This document shows positions 23,734 to 33,601 of a stretch of DNA of 41,669 nt, in pieces. A program made the translations under genes and the position numbers. Positions within the stretch are counted from its first letter, which is position 1; every line of letters begins with the position of its first letter. This DNA is from Phycisphaerales bacterium (lineage in GTDB: Bacteria; Planctomycetota; Phycisphaerae; Sedimentisphaerales; Anaerobacaceae): the NCBI GenBank assembly GCA_039679525.1, contig JBDKUU010000806.1:1-41669 (forward strand). The letters run 5' to 3'. The notes under the pieces were generated by a model. The model did not search any database. It saw only the letters and a list, made by a program, of their open reading frames with translations, and was not told where the DNA came from.

Positions 23734-26498
23734 CAGAGCACCCCCCACTGACTCCAGACGTCTTCGTCCGGGATATTTTTCTGGCCGCGGAAATTGGCCG
23801 AGTTCGCGAACTTCGAGGCACAGGTGGCCGCCAGGTGATCGCAGCCGGGCCAGATCGTGAAGGGCCGGCCTGTCACGTCCTCCGGCAGCGTCGGCCAGAT
23901 CGTCACCGTATCGCCGGACTGGGCGACGACCGTGCGGCGGTGACCTTTGACGAGGATGTCCCCGCCGAGCCACCAATCGGCGCCCTTGAGTCCGAAGGTC
24001 GCACTCGTCAGGACCCGGCCGGAAACCGATTCGATCGCCCCCTCGAAGGCATACTCGTCCCGGTCCACGCCGCACAGATCGCTGTAGAGGTCCACGCCGC
24101 ACAGACGGCTGTAGCAGTTCACCAGGCCGCTTCGGGCGGTCGCAGCGGAGGAAGGATCGATCGTGATCTCGGCGCAGCGGCCGTCCCCCTTGCGGGAGGT
24201 CTGCTTGAATGCGACTTGGATCACATCGCCCCGATAGATCGCACGGACCTGGTCCCCGTGCCCCCGATAGCGAACGTAGTGGACGATGGCCTCCGGCGGG
24301 TCCTGGAGCCAGCGGAGGGCCAGGGCGTTATTCCAGTTCACCTTGACGACGGTCTGATCCTTCAGGACCGTCGCCCCCTCCTGGATCTCCCCACCGAGGC
24401 AATAGCAGGCGGTGAACGTGTTGCCGCCGTAATCCACGTCGGCCGGTGCGTCCGCGTAGCGGTAATAGACCGCCGTCTCACCGATCTGGAACTCGTGCAG
24501 CTCGTACGGTTCCCCCGTATCGAGCGAGGCCTCGTACTCGTCATAGTCGGAGGACTCCGAAGGGGAGGCCGAAGGGGTTGCGGAGACCGAGGCGGAGAGG
24601 CTCGCGCTCGGCGAGCCGCTGAGGCTGGAGGATGGGGTCCCTTCACTGGCGGAAGCGGATGGTGATACACTGACCGATTGCGATGGACTTGCAGATGCGG
24701 TGCCCTCGCTCGACGAAGCGGAGGGTGAACCGCTCATACTGGCACTGGGCGAGGCCGAAAGACTACCGCTCGGTGAGCCGGATGCGGACGCAGAGGGACT
24801 GGCACTAATCGATTGTGATGGACTATGCGACAGGCTGGCACTCGGCGAGATGGAGACCGAGGCTGATGGAGTCGCGGATGCTGAGCCGCTCGGACTGGCG
24901 CTGACCGACTGGCTCGGCGTCCCCTCCGACGCCGACGCCGATGGGCTGGCGCTCGCCGACTGGCTCGGGCTCGTGGCTGGGGCTGACGCCGAGGGGCTGG
25001 CACTGGCCGATTGTGATGGGCTGTGCGAGAGGCTGGCACTCGGCGATACGGAGATCGAGGCTGATGGAGTCGCTGATGGCGAACCGCTCAGACTGGCGCT
25101 CATCGACTGGCTCGGCGTGCCCTCCGACGCGGACGCCGATGGGCTGGAGCTTTTCGAACCCGAGGGGCTTTGGCTGACCGACTGGCTCGGCGTGCCCTCC
25201 GAGGCGGATGCCGATGGGCTCGCACTTTTCGAACCCGAGGGGCTCTGACTGACCGACTGGCTCGGAGTCCCCTCCGACGCGGATGCTGATGGGCTCGCGC
25301 TTTTCGAACCCGATGGACTCTGGCTGACCGACTGGCTCGGCGTCCCTTCCGACGCCGAGGCCGATGGGCTGGCGCTGACCGAACCCGATGGACTCTGGCT
25401 GGCCGATTGGCTCGGCGTCCCTTCCGACGCCGAGGCCGATGGGGAGGCACTTTTCGAACCGCTCGGGCTGGCACTGATCGACTGGCTGGGACTGCTCGCC
25501 ACGCCGGAGGCGGAAGGCGATGCGGATTTCGAAGCGGACTTGCTCGCCGAAGGACTCGGACTCGGGGAAGAGGATATGTACTCGTCGTATCCCACGTCCC
25601 ACCCGGCGCCTGCAGGCCGGGCGTTGCCGTCCACATCTTCATCCGGGTCCATATCCGCCGATGCGTTGGTTCCGGCATCCTTCAAGGTTGACGAGTCCCC
25701 GATGTGCAGGTCCTCGCTGCCGGCCGTGACGTTCGTGAAGTAGGCCCCGCTGCTGGTCGAGAAGGCGGCCGTGGAAGTGGAAAGCGACCCATCCTCGCTG
25801 TAGCAGTTCGTCAGGGTCACCGCGCCGGCGTCCGCGTGCTTGGCGTAGTCCGCCGTCCCAGTGCCGCCGGCATAGCAGTTCTTGGCCGTCAGGGTCGAAT
25901 AGGCCCCAACGTAGATGCCGTAGACCGACTGATTCGCGAAACTGCAATTCAGGACGACCGTGCCGGTTTTTGAATTGGCGACGTTGACACCACGGGTTCC
26001 ACCAAAACAACCACAGTTCTGAATGAGCCAGTTGTTCCCGCCGACACTGATGCAGTAGGCGCCCGGCTGGCGGATCAGGCATCGCGTGACTCGAATCGAA
26101 GCATTGCTACTGACGATTCCGTTGCCGTCCGTCACATGGGCATAGACCTGCAAGCCCTCCAGGCGGGTGTAGGCCGGCATGGCGTTCAGGGTCGTCGCGT
26201 AGGCCGTGGTCCGGCCGATCCGGTACTTGCTCGTAGACCAGACGCCCGCGTGATTGTCCGCCGACACGATCCGCAGATAGTTCGAGGCCGAGGCATTGGT
26301 CCAGCCGCTGAAATCCACTGCGGTCGTGTCCGCCGTCGCTCCGCGGCAATAAACCGTGTGCTGCTTGCCGCCGTCCGCCGAGAGATCGCCGTCTTCCGCC
26401 GCACTCCAGGCCGATAGCGTCTTGTAGGCGGTCGCCCAGGAGGTCCCGTCTCCGCCCACCGCGATATCCGTATCGACATATCTGACGACTTCCGCCAT
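23733..26498 (-). CDS. Chimeric tail hub/fibre: beta-helix domain, ~340-aa Ser/Ala/Pro linker, then a DUF2163/BR0599 (GTA g13-like) domain
   Basis: The N-terminus has periodic xNC rungs ([10 protein letters not shown]...VLNCSFAN...AKNCYAGG...LTNCYSEDG). The middle carries [25 protein letters not shown] repeats. The C-terminus has [27 protein letters not shown]. Confidence 0.7.
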   Translation of the reverse strand: MAEVVRYVDTDIAVGGDGTSWATAYKTLSAWSAAEDGDLSADGGKQHTVYCRGATADTTAVDFSGWTNASASNYLRIVSADNHAGVWSTSKYRIGRTTAYATTLNAMPAYTRLEGLQVYAHVTDGNGIVSSNASIRVTRCLIRQPGAYCISVGGNNWLIQNCGCFGGTRGVNVANSKTGTVVLNCSFANQSVYGIYVGAYSTLTAKNCYAGGTGTADYAKHADAGAVTLTNCYSEDGSLSTSTAAFSTSSGAYFTNVTAGSEDLHIGDSSTLKDAGTNASADMDPDEDVDGNARPAGAGWDVGYDEYISSSPSPSPSASKSASKSASPSASGVASSPSQSISASPSGSKSASPSASASEGTPSQSASQSPSGSVSASPSASASEGTPSQSVSQSPSGSKSASPSASASEGTPSQSVSQSPSGSKSASPSASASEGTPSQSVSQSPSGSKSSSPSASASEGTPSQSMSASLSGSPSATPSASISVSPSASLSHSPSQSASASPSASAPATSPSQSASASPSASASEGTPSQSVSASPSGSASATPSASVSISPSASLSHSPSQSISASPSASASGSPSGSLSASPSASMSGSPSASSSEGTASASPSQSVSVSPSASASEGTPSSSLSGSPSASLSASVSATPSASPSESSDYDEYEASLDTGEPYELHEFQIGETAVYYRYADAPADVDYGGNTFTACYCLGGEIQEGATVLKDQTVVKVNWNNALALRWLQDPPEAIVHYVRYRGHGDQVRAIYRGDVIQVAFKQTSRKGDGRCAEITIDPSSAATARSGLVNCYSRLCGVDLYSDLCGVDRDEYAFEGAIESVSGRVLTSATFGLKGADWWLGGDILVKGHRRTVVAQSGDTVTIWPTLPEDVTGRPFTIWPGCDHLAATCASKFANSANFRGQKNIPDEDVWSQWGVL
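24552..25574. repeat. Coding tandem repeats with triplet-periodic (AGC/GCC/CCG) units of about 66-75 bp
   Basis: Multiple near-identical copies encode [17 protein letters not shown]. Confidence 0.85.
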
Positions 26499-26499
26499 C

Positions 26500-28344
26500 T
26501 CAGAACACCCTCACGAGATCCACCTCGCAGGTCATTCGGCCCCGCCCCTGCCAATCGAATTGCACCTCCCCGCTCGCCAGTCGGCAGCGATCGACCCAGG
26601 ACAGGTATCCGCCGGCGGCCAGGCTCACGCCCAAGGCCGCATCAATGGTCACGAACTCCTCACTCGCCGAGACCGTCGCGATATCAGTCACCTTCCGCAC
26701 GATCAGCGATTCGCCGGACCTGTAGGCCACATAGGTCCGGATCGCGTCGCCGTCCAGATTGAGGGCGAAGCGTGCGGATTTGACGTACAACTCCACGGCG
26801 TCCGAAGTGGCGGCTCGGGTCAGCGAGAGGTCCCTGCGGAAGGTCGGGACGAGGAACGCCTTCTGCGGTCCACAGACGTAGTGCATGAACTGCCTCAGAG
26901 ACCAGCATTGGGCGGGAGTGCGGCAGACCCAGGAGTGGCCCTGGCCGGTCTCGTTATTGTCGCCCACCCGGACCACCTCGAAGGGCCCGGCCCCGGAATC
27001 CAATACCGCAACGTCCGGATCGTGATCGATCTTGCCCGTCCGGCCGGACCAGACAGCGGGGTCCGTGAGCACGGGCAGACTGTCGTATTCCAACGCGGCC
27101 GCGTAGCCTGTCACGCGGACCGGATCGACGATCCCGATCCGGACTTCCAGCAGGGCGCCGCCCCCCAGCCGCTCCTCGGCCGAGGCGGCCGTGATCCGAC
27201 CCTGGCGCAGCGGCATGATCCAGTCGGAGGCGGTCCAGGCCTTCGCCGTTACGATACTCAGACCCAGCGAATCATCCGCTACGGTCGCGATCCGCACGAT
27301 CTCGTGATCCGCCAGGTTCCAGAGCACGGCGTAGCCATCATCGCGGTAATCGGCGTATCGGGTATCGACCGGGATCGACGATGAGCCGGCCGGCAACACC
27401 GCCCCGAGCTGAGCAGACTCCGGCCAGATGGGCACCGGCCAGGTCCTCCGCAGCCAGCGGTTCACCGCCGACTCCATCGCCGCCACCTCGTCCTCGCCGA
27501 CGGCGAGGAGCTTCGTCTGATACGATTGGTTGGGGACCTTGCGCCGCAGTGCGATTCGCTGCTCCGTTCGATCCCCGCTCTGCAGGACGTTCGCCGGGAA
27601 GTGCAGGACCTCCGTCACCGGCCACGTCCACCGCTGCCAGGCGGGGGCCAAGGTCAGGCAGGTCATCACGGGGGTGAACTCGGCGAAGGCCGTGAAATGC
27701 CCGGACCATTCGAGCAACGGGTCATCGCCGGCGTCATACGTGATCGTACCCTGCTCCGTCAGGTCGTCGCCGACCAGGGCATCGGGGCCATCGACCAGCT
27801 TCCAGTAGCCGAGCAGGTGCGCCAATTGGACGTCCTGAATCGGCGTCGTCTTTGCGGCCAGGGACTCGATCTCGGCGTCGCTCAGCACCACGTCCCATAT
27901 CGCGACATGGGCGATCTTGCCGTCGAAGGGCTGCGGCGAGGAAGGGTTGAACAGGCTGCGGCCCACAACGATAAAGGTCATGGACTCCGTACCGGAGCCG
28001 GCCGTATAGGAATGTGTGATTTCGACCCCGTTGAGCCACAGCGCGCGGTCCACATTGTCGGCGGCAGTCAGGATGAAGTGGTTCCATTCATCGAGCGAGT
28101 ACTCCTCGGGATAGGAAGTGAACCCGGTTGCGGAGCCGAGATGATCGTAGATGTCGGCGAGATCACTAGCCACCAAGGAGAGTTTGAGAGCATAATCTGG
28201 ATCGTCGCGGCCGACTTCTACTACACCGCAATAATTGCCGCCCACAGTTTTCGGTTTCGCCCAAGCCATGATCGTGACAGGCCGGCCGGAGGTCAAGGCC
28301 AATTGTAGGTAGTTGTTCTTGTTGTCGTTGAACACTACAGACAT
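26500..28344 (-). CDS. LamG (Laminin_G_3)-domain fusion to a distal tail protein (GTA g12-like position)
   Basis: The ATG at 28344 gives [38 protein letters not shown] is the LamG_3 hallmark. Assignment of the rest is by position after the tape measure. Confidence 0.55.
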   Translation of the reverse strand: MSVVFNDNKNNYLQLALTSGRPVTIMAWAKPKTVGGNYCGVVEVGRDDPDYALKLSLVASDLADIYDHLGSATGFTSYPEEYSLDEWNHFILTAADNVDRALWLNGVEITHSYTAGSGTESMTFIVVGRSLFNPSSPQPFDGKIAHVAIWDVVLSDAEIESLAAKTTPIQDVQLAHLLGYWKLVDGPDALVGDDLTEQGTITYDAGDDPLLEWSGHFTAFAEFTPVMTCLTLAPAWQRWTWPVTEVLHFPANVLQSGDRTEQRIALRRKVPNQSYQTKLLAVGEDEVAAMESAVNRWLRRTWPVPIWPESAQLGAVLPAGSSSIPVDTRYADYRDDGYAVLWNLADHEIVRIATVADDSLGLSIVTAKAWTASDWIMPLRQGRITAASAEERLGGGALLEVRIGIVDPVRVTGYAAALEYDSLPVLTDPAVWSGRTGKIDHDPDVAVLDSGAGPFEVVRVGDNNETGQGHSWVCRTPAQCWSLRQFMHYVCGPQKAFLVPTFRRDLSLTRAATSDAVELYVKSARFALNLDGDAIRTYVAYRSGESLIVRKVTDIATVSASEEFVTIDAALGVSLAAGGYLSWVDRCRLASGEVQFDWQGRGRMTCEVDLVRVF

Positions 28345-28348
28345 CGAA

Positions 28349-28753
28349 TCACTCCCACGGCAGGCTGAAGCGCAGGGCACCGGCCGCGAAGGTCGGCGGC
28401 GTACTGCCGTTGATTACTTCGACCACGGCCGGCAATGGGGCGGAGACCAGGATGTTCCCGCCGCTCGACGCATCAGCCAAAAAGACGTGGCTGATATTGC
28501 CCCAGTCGCCCGTGGGCGTGGCGAAGGCGACGGCCACGGCGTTCTCGATCGATCCATCGGCGGCCGCCGTCCAGTCGGCGGCGTCCATTTCGATCCTGGC
28601 ATACGAGCCACCGGAGGGCTCGGAGAGGCCGCTGCCGTCCGCAGTCGGGTCCGCCAGGGACAGGCCCACGTAGATGTGGGCCGGGACGGAATAGGCCCCC
28701 TTGCCGAACGTGTGATTCAGCCATGCGTTCGCGAGATAAGTACTCAAACCCAT
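28349..28753 (-). CDS. Small conserved virion/tail-associated protein
   Basis: YLANAWLNHTFG...HIYVGLSLADPTADGSGLSEPSGGSYARIEM...WGNISHVFLADASSGGNIL. The pattern is recalled from phage tail-region proteins. Confidence 0.45.
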   Translation of the reverse strand: MGLSTYLANAWLNHTFGKGAYSVPAHIYVGLSLADPTADGSGLSEPSGGSYARIEMDAADWTAAADGSIENAVAVAFATPTGDWGNISHVFLADASSGGNILVSAPLPAVVEVINGSTPPTFAAGALRFSLPWE

Positions 28754-28786
28754 TGGATCTCCAAGCCATGCGGGACCTTACTGACC

Positions 28787-28828
28787 GCGTTGACTTTAAT
28801 GTCAACGAAGTCAATTCGGTCAATGTGG
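28787..28828. repeat. TTGAC/GTCAA mini-repeat spacer including the hairpin GTTGAC-TTTAAT-GTCAAC
   Basis: GCGTTGACTTTAATGTCAACGAAGTCAATTCGGTCAATGTGG. Confidence 0.7.
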
Positions 28829-28850
28829 TTCCTTCCCTTTCGTTCTTTCT

Positions 28851-30839
28851 TCATTGGTTCCTCGACGCATGGTATTGCCACGCCTGCTCGCCGCTGCGGC
28901 TCTGGAACCACTCCTGCGGGCTCTGCCGCTTGTCGAGGATCGTCACGGCCGTCGTCTGGCGCCGCGTGGCGATCCGCTCCAGGAGCGTCACCATGCGGCC
29001 CATCAGGCGGCCCTCCGTTGCGACGCCGCTTCGGCTCGTGATCCGCTCCCCCCGCTGGCCGATGAACCGGAACTCGTCCGGCCGCAGGCCATCGTGCAGG
29101 CGGGGGGCCCCGATCCAGTTCGCCGGCGAGTCCCGGCGCGAGGCGAACGCCGTCTGGCCAATCACGCCGCCGCTGTGCCCGACGTTGGCCTCGCCGAAGT
29201 TGGGCAGCATCGCGCTCATCGCCTGCATCACGGCCCACTTGACCACCATGTGGGCGATCTCCTGAGCCACCTGCTTGAGCGACTCCTTCAGGTCCTCACC
29301 GTAGACCGCAGCATCCGCGATCGATTCGGCCACGCCGTCGAACCCCTTCTTCACCACGTCTGACGCCAAATCCCCGACCGTCTGCATCTGATCCTTGATC
29401 TCGGCGAAGGCACCTTTGATCCCATCGCCGAGCGACTGATAATGCTCCTGCAATTGCCGGACCCGCTTGATCTGCTCGCCGATCGCGTCCTTCTCCTCCG
29501 GCGTGAGTTTGAGGCCCTGTCGCTTCGTCTCGTTCACGATCTCCTGGAGCCGGGCCTGGTCCTTCAGCCCGGCCCGCTGCAATTCGAGGATGTCCCCCTC
29601 CTCCTTCAGTTGTTGCAGGTACTCGGAGGCTGCCGCACGGGACCGCAGCTCGTTGAGCATCTCCATGGCCGAATTGTATTTGACCATCGCCCCTTGGGCC
29701 TCTTTCGTCCCCTTGCCGTAGGTCTCCTCCACCGTTGCGAGGTACTTCACCGTCTCCGCCGCCTGGAGATTGCCGGCATTCGCCTCCCTCTGGATCGCGA
29801 TCTGCTCCTTGATCTGCTCGTTGAGCCGGACGATCTGCTCCCGCTGCGCGGCCGTGGCCCCGGCCGCCGCCGATGCGCCGTCCCCGCCTTTTATTTTGGC
29901 CTGGACTTGGCCGCTCCGCTCGTAGGCTGCCGTCAACTTCGCGAGATATGCCGGATCTTCCCGCCAGTCATTCCGAGTCGCTGTGTATCCGTTCGGCATG
30001 CGAGCCTGAGCCTGCTCCTGCAGCCGCTGCTCGTAGGCCTGGAATAGGGACGCCTGCTGCTGCTCGCTCAAGGATTGAGTCTTGTACCAGGTAGTCTGCC
30101 CCCCCTGCCCGCCCTCCAACTCCTGGCGGATGAACCGCATCGCCCTCTTCAACGCCGGTGTCAGCGGCTTGGCCATTGATTCCTTGGTCTGTTCCCATTC
30201 GTTGCGGAGCTGGGCAATCGCCCCTCCCAGCGTCTCTGTATCCGCGCGGGCCTTGTCGAAATTCGCACGGCCGGCCGCCATCACCTGGAGGAACTGCTGC
30301 TGCTTGCTCTTCGTTCGATCAACGACGATCCCCATCTCCTTGAGCTGGCCCGTCTCCCCCTGGCGGGCCAGGGCAACCGTTCGCATCGTCTGGGACAGGT
30401 CCTTTTTGTACGCCGAGGCCAAGCCGACCGCCGCCTCCGTCATGGCGCCGATCTCCGGTACGGACGCCCCCATCGTCAAGGCCAGTGCCTGCTGCTGCTT
30501 GATCGCGTTACGGCTGTAGACCGTGAGGTCCTCCATGCCGTCCGCCTGCCGGCGGAGCATCTCGACGTTCTGCTCGCTGTATTGACCGCGGATCCGCAGG
30601 GCCGCGATCATGCCGCGATCCGCGGACTCGGCCTCGATCCCGGCGGCCGTGACGCTCTTGATAGCGGAGACCAGACCGCGAGCGCTCAGATAGGCCCCGG
30701 CCAGACCGGCTACCGTACGCTGTAGGGCGAGGGACCCCGACATCATACCGCGCATCGTCTGACTTGCGGACTTGCCACCCCGGTCGAAGGCGGTCGAGTC
30801 CATCGTGAGACGGGCAACGAGATTCTGGATCAGGCTCAT
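28851..30839 (-). CDS. Tape measure protein
   Basis: A 662-aa Ala/Gln/Glu/Leu-rich helical protein, placed immediately after the G/GT chaperone. Its ATG overlaps the stop of the frameshift product. Confidence 0.85.
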   Translation of the reverse strand: MSLIQNLVARLTMDSTAFDRGGKSASQTMRGMMSGSLALQRTVAGLAGAYLSARGLVSAIKSVTAAGIEAESADRGMIAALRIRGQYSEQNVEMLRRQADGMEDLTVYSRNAIKQQQALALTMGASVPEIGAMTEAAVGLASAYKKDLSQTMRTVALARQGETGQLKEMGIVVDRTKSKQQQFLQVMAAGRANFDKARADTETLGGAIAQLRNEWEQTKESMAKPLTPALKRAMRFIRQELEGGQGGQTTWYKTQSLSEQQQASLFQAYEQRLQEQAQARMPNGYTATRNDWREDPAYLAKLTAAYERSGQVQAKIKGGDGASAAAGATAAQREQIVRLNEQIKEQIAIQREANAGNLQAAETVKYLATVEETYGKGTKEAQGAMVKYNSAMEMLNELRSRAAASEYLQQLKEEGDILELQRAGLKDQARLQEIVNETKRQGLKLTPEEKDAIGEQIKRVRQLQEHYQSLGDGIKGAFAEIKDQMQTVGDLASDVVKKGFDGVAESIADAAVYGEDLKESLKQVAQEIAHMVVKWAVMQAMSAMLPNFGEANVGHSGGVIGQTAFASRRDSPANWIGAPRLHDGLRPDEFRFIGQRGERITSRSGVATEGRLMGRMVTLLERIATRRQTTAVTILDKRQSPQEWFQSRSGEQAWQYHASRNQ

Positions 30840-31755
30840 TCCGTCACACCCAACCGCAATTTGATCTGGTCGAACATCTGCTGCTCTTCTTCTTCCGTAC
30901 GCTCGGCCGGCTCGTCACCCTCCGGCGGCTGACTGACGCCCACCATGCCGCCGATCGGCTCGATGCCGGCGTAGATCTCGATCTCACGCTGCTGCCTGTA
31001 GGAAAGGACCGCCAGCAGCCGATCCGGATGCGCGTAGCCCTGGTCCAGGGCTAATCGCCACCAGAATCGACGCCGGAAGTCCCCACGGAGTTTTTTTCAA
31101 ACGCATCGGCCGACTGTTTCGTCGCGAGGTTCACCTCGACCGCCGCCCGGTACACCCGCAGCAGGGCCGCCGGGCTCTTGGACCCGAGGGCCTCGATCTG
31201 CTCGTCCGTGAAGGCCCGCTGCCGCGTCTTGGGGTCCAGGATGCAGGCGGCGCACCAGCGGACCATGACGGCCGTGTTCTCCTCGCTGGAATACTCCTTC
31301 TCAGATTCCGTCGCGTGCAGCCCGCGGAGGCCACGGATCACGTTCTCGATCACCTTTGGGTCGATCCCATGCTTGGTCATCTGCTCGGACAGCAGCGTCG
31401 AGAGCCGGGTCCACGTCTCGGGCGAGGCATGCTTGAACTCCTCCACAGCCGTCACTGTCGCCGCCGCCGTGCCCTGCGACTCGGCATCGTCCGTTGGGCT
31501 CGCCGGCTCATTTTCCGTTGGCGCATCGTCACAAGTCACGATGTCCTCCGTCGCCGAATCGGTGGCCTGGCTCTCGGATTGGCCTGACGGCTTCGGCTTA
31601 CGGCCGAGGGAATCAATCCAGTCGTCCAGCCGGGCACGGTCCAGGGCGCCCATCGAGCCGACGAGAACCTTGGCGCCCTGGCCCCATTCGGGAACGGGAA
31701 CCTTGCGGACCTGCTTATCCTCGGCCGCGAGGATCTGTTCTGCGTTGAGAAGCAT
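30836..31755 (-). CDS. Tail assembly chaperone GT-type fusion produced by a -1 frameshift
   Basis: After the slip at A_AAA_AAC, the -1 frame stays open for about 84 codons (KKLRGDFRRRFWWRLALDQGYAHPDRLLAVLSYRQQREIEIYAGIEPIGG...QIKLRLGVTE*) and stops in ATGA with the tape-measure start. Confidence 0.7.
31051..31755 (-). CDS. Tail assembly chaperone (G-type, zero frame)
   Basis: Sits between the major tail and tape measure genes. It has an acidic middle, and SD AAAGGAG lies upstream. Confidence 0.7.
   Translation of the reverse strand: MLLNAEQILAAEDKQVRKVPVPEWGQGAKVLVGSMGALDRARLDDWIDSLGRKPKPSGQSESQATDSATEDIVTCDDAPTENEPASPTDDAESQGTAAATVTAVEEFKHASPETWTRLSTLLSEQMTKHGIDPKVIENVIRGLRGLHATESEKEYSSEENTAVMVRWCAACILDPKTRQRAFTDEQIEALGSKSPAALLRVYRAAVEVNLATKQSADAFEKNSVGTSGVDSGGD
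31090..31096 (-). promoter_or_regulatory. -1 programmed ribosomal frameshift slippery heptamer A_AAA_AAC
   Basis: Minus strand reads GCG TTT GAA AAA AAC TCC. The plus strand shows a T7 run at 31091-31097. Confidence 0.7.
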
Positions 31756-31780
31756 CTGACTCCTTTCATCATTGGGACCT

Positions 31781-31841
31781 GATTGACCCCCTTGACCCCA
31801 TTGACGCCATCGTCAATCCGGTCAACAAGGTCAATGCGGTC
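31781..31841. repeat. Palindromic array: 3 x TTGAC(C) then 3 x (G)GTCAA at 9-bp spacing
   Basis: GATTGACCCCCTTGACCCCATTGACGCCATCGTCAATCCGGTCAACAAGGTCAATGCGGTC, between the major tail and chaperone genes. Confidence 0.75.
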
Positions 31842-31851
31842 CCTCTGCCGG

Positions 31852-32352
31852 TTACGCGCTCGCGCTGGAACTCGGGCTGGCGCTGGCGCTCGTGCTGGTG
31901 CTGATCGAACTGGACTCCGTGCCGCCGCCCTCGTGCGCGAAGCTCTTCTTGCCCAGCGTCTTGAACGTCACCGTCGCCATCTTCGCGTCCCGCGGCGTCC
32001 CGAAGCCCGGCCAGGAGAGCGTCAGGATCATCGCCTGCACCGTGATCGAGCTGGTCGTCCCGGCGCGGTTCTTGTACGTCACAACCAGATTGCCCCGCAC
32101 CTTCGCCCGCCACTTGTTGTGCAGGGCGTGGTAATTGGCGTTCTGGGCCCCATTGTAGATGAACTGGAACGATGGGGAGCCCTCATTGAACGCCCCTTCG
32201 AGGAAGTCGGCCGTCTCGTCGGCGCTGTCGCAGGTCAGGATGTCCTGGCCGTCCAGCTCCGAAGACACCTCGGGGAATCCGAGGACCTCCCCGATCGTGA
32301 CGCCGTCGAACACGAACGTCGTGCCGAACCCTTTACTCGCTGCCGTAGTCAT
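31852..32352 (-). CDS. Major tail (tube) protein, TP901-1/GTA g9-like, with a Ser-rich C-terminal extension
   Basis: The motif FGTTFVFDGVTIGEVLGFPEVSSELDGQDILTCDS and its position support the call. The tail is EGGGTESSSISTSTSASASPSSSASA. Confidence 0.75.
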   Translation of the reverse strand: MTTAASKGFGTTFVFDGVTIGEVLGFPEVSSELDGQDILTCDSADETADFLEGAFNEGSPSFQFIYNGAQNANYHALHNKWRAKVRGNLVVTYKNRAGTTSSITVQAMILTLSWPGFGTPRDAKMATVTFKTLGKKSFAHEGGGTESSSISTSTSASASPSSSASA

Positions 32353-32365
32353 CGAAAAACTCCTT

Positions 32366-32393
32366 TCTCTGTGGCCCGTGGCCCGTGGCCCGC
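32366..32393. repeat. Mini-repeat (GGCCCGT)x3
   Basis: CTCTGTGGCCCGTGGCCCGTGGCCCGCG, followed on the minus strand by AAAGGAG and the ATG at 32352. Confidence 0.7.
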
Positions 32394-32394
32394 G

Positions 32395-32814
32395 TCACAC
32401 ATAGCTGATTTCCCAATCCTGCCGCTTCCCGTAGCGGGTCAGGGTCTCATTGTCGGCGGGGATACTGATCGCGTCCCCTTCATCGTCGATACTGCAATAC
32501 TGCACTGTCACGCCCCCGTGCGAGCCGCGGGCACCCGCCGCCTGCATCGCGGTCCGGACCGCCTCCGCCAGCGTCCGGGCCCCGTCCGGATCATCGTCCC
32601 AACAGGTGATCTGCACCCGGTCCGTCCGCAGATCGCCGTCTCCCTCGCACGTGAACTCCACATCGCTCGTGATCTGCTGATAGACCACGGCGGGCATGGC
32701 CTTGCCCTGGGGGATGCCGATGGGATAGATCCGGGGACTGGCCGCACCGCCCACCAGGGCCGTCACGCCGGCGGCGGACTCCAGGATGTGGTAAATTGCG
32801 GCCTCAAGGGACAT
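32395..32814 (-). CDS. DUF3168-like tail terminator / tail completion protein
   Basis: LEAAIYHILESAAGVTALVGGAASPRIYPIGIPQGKAMPAVVY is the family-typical N-terminus. Confidence 0.65.
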   Translation of the reverse strand: MSLEAAIYHILESAAGVTALVGGAASPRIYPIGIPQGKAMPAVVYQQITSDVEFTCEGDGDLRTDRVQITCWDDDPDGARTLAEAVRTAMQAAGARGSHGGVTVQYCSIDDEGDAISIPADNETLTRYGKRQDWEISYV

Positions 32815-32998
32815 CGCCGTACCCCCACATTTGCAGGAAATTCCTGACGGTTTGTGCCGCCGACTCGGCCACCTGGCCCGGTGTTTGCCCGTTCAGATCG
32901 TCGTCGTAGACCGTACAATCCTCTGCTGCGTCGAATCGATGCGGATGCCGATTCGAACGCTTTGGACCGACCTCGTCGATCGTGATCGTGATCTTCAT
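32804..32998 (-). CDS. Small structural-module protein
   Basis: A 64-aa ORF with an ATGA overlap to the upstream gene and an 11-nt overlap downstream. Confidence 0.45.
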   Translation of the reverse strand: MKITITIDEVGPKRSNRHPHRFDAAEDCTVYDDDLNGQTPGQVAESAAQTVRNFLQMWGYGDVP

Positions 32999-33567
32999 CC
33001 GTTTCTCCCCTTGATCGCTTCCCGCAGTAGACCCACACGAAGTTCCGTCACGAGTTTCTGGATCACGAGTCCCTTCGACCGCTCGGCCGCCTGGCGCATG
33101 AAGGGCCGGGCGGCACTTTCCTTGTCCGCGCCATGGCCATATTCGATGGCCGCTGGAATGTAAGTCACTCCACGCGTAGCCCCGATTTTCGTCGGATAGA
33201 ACCCCCGCGGCGTCGTAACGTTGAATTCGATCTCCGTATGCGCCCCCCGTGCTGTGTGCGTGAATTCCGGAACGTTCCTTCTCAGTTGAACGTGCAGGGA
33301 ATAACTCCCGGCAATCTGGCGATAGGGAGAAGCGATCACGATGTTCCTGGCGATCAACTCCGCCATGCGAATGTCATCTTTTCCTTTCGCGAAAAGCACC
33401 TTCTCCGATCTGGGAAGCGCCCGGGCATTGGCGATGGCGGCTTTGAGCATGATCTTCTGCGAATCGCGGACTGCCGAACGGATCACATTTTTCGCCAAAC
33501 GGCTGCCCAGTGAATCAAGGTTCCTTCGCAACTCTTCGGCCCCATCGAGATAAAAGCCAATTCTCAT
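32995..33567 (-). CDS. HK97 gp10-family head-tail joining protein
   Basis: ATG at 33567 (MRIGFYLDGAEEL). YIPAAIEYGHG...ARPFMRQAAE is the family motif. Confidence 0.7.
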   Translation of the reverse strand: MRIGFYLDGAEELRRNLDSLGSRLAKNVIRSAVRDSQKIMLKAAIANARALPRSEKVLFAKGKDDIRMAELIARNIVIASPYRQIAGSYSLHVQLRRNVPEFTHTARGAHTEIEFNVTTPRGFYPTKIGATRGVTYIPAAIEYGHGADKESAARPFMRQAAERSKGLVIQKLVTELRVGLLREAIKGRNG

Positions 33568-33597
33568 TCTCTGTGTCCTCTGTGTCTCCGTGGTGAA
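33568..33597. repeat. Mini-repeat of the CTCTGTG family, abutting the start codon
   Basis: TCTCTGTGTCCTCTGTGTCTCCGTGGTGAA. Confidence 0.75.
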
Positions 33598-33601
33598 TCG
33601 A

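Noticed and set aside
23734-24102. N-terminal 123 aa of the 662-aa ORF 22114..24102
   Set aside because: It is Arg/Pro/Gly-rich and completely overlaps the conserved BR0599 domain of the upstream gene. The ATG at 23733 gives a TGATG junction and a sensible hydrophobic N-terminus.
24700-25602. Plus-strand ORF '[20 protein letters not shown]...' and out-of-frame minus ORFs over the Ser-rich repeat block
   Set aside because: They are antisense or shifted translations of the tandem repeat. The Ser/Ala/Pro frame is continuous with recognisable N- and C-terminal domains of 23733..26498.
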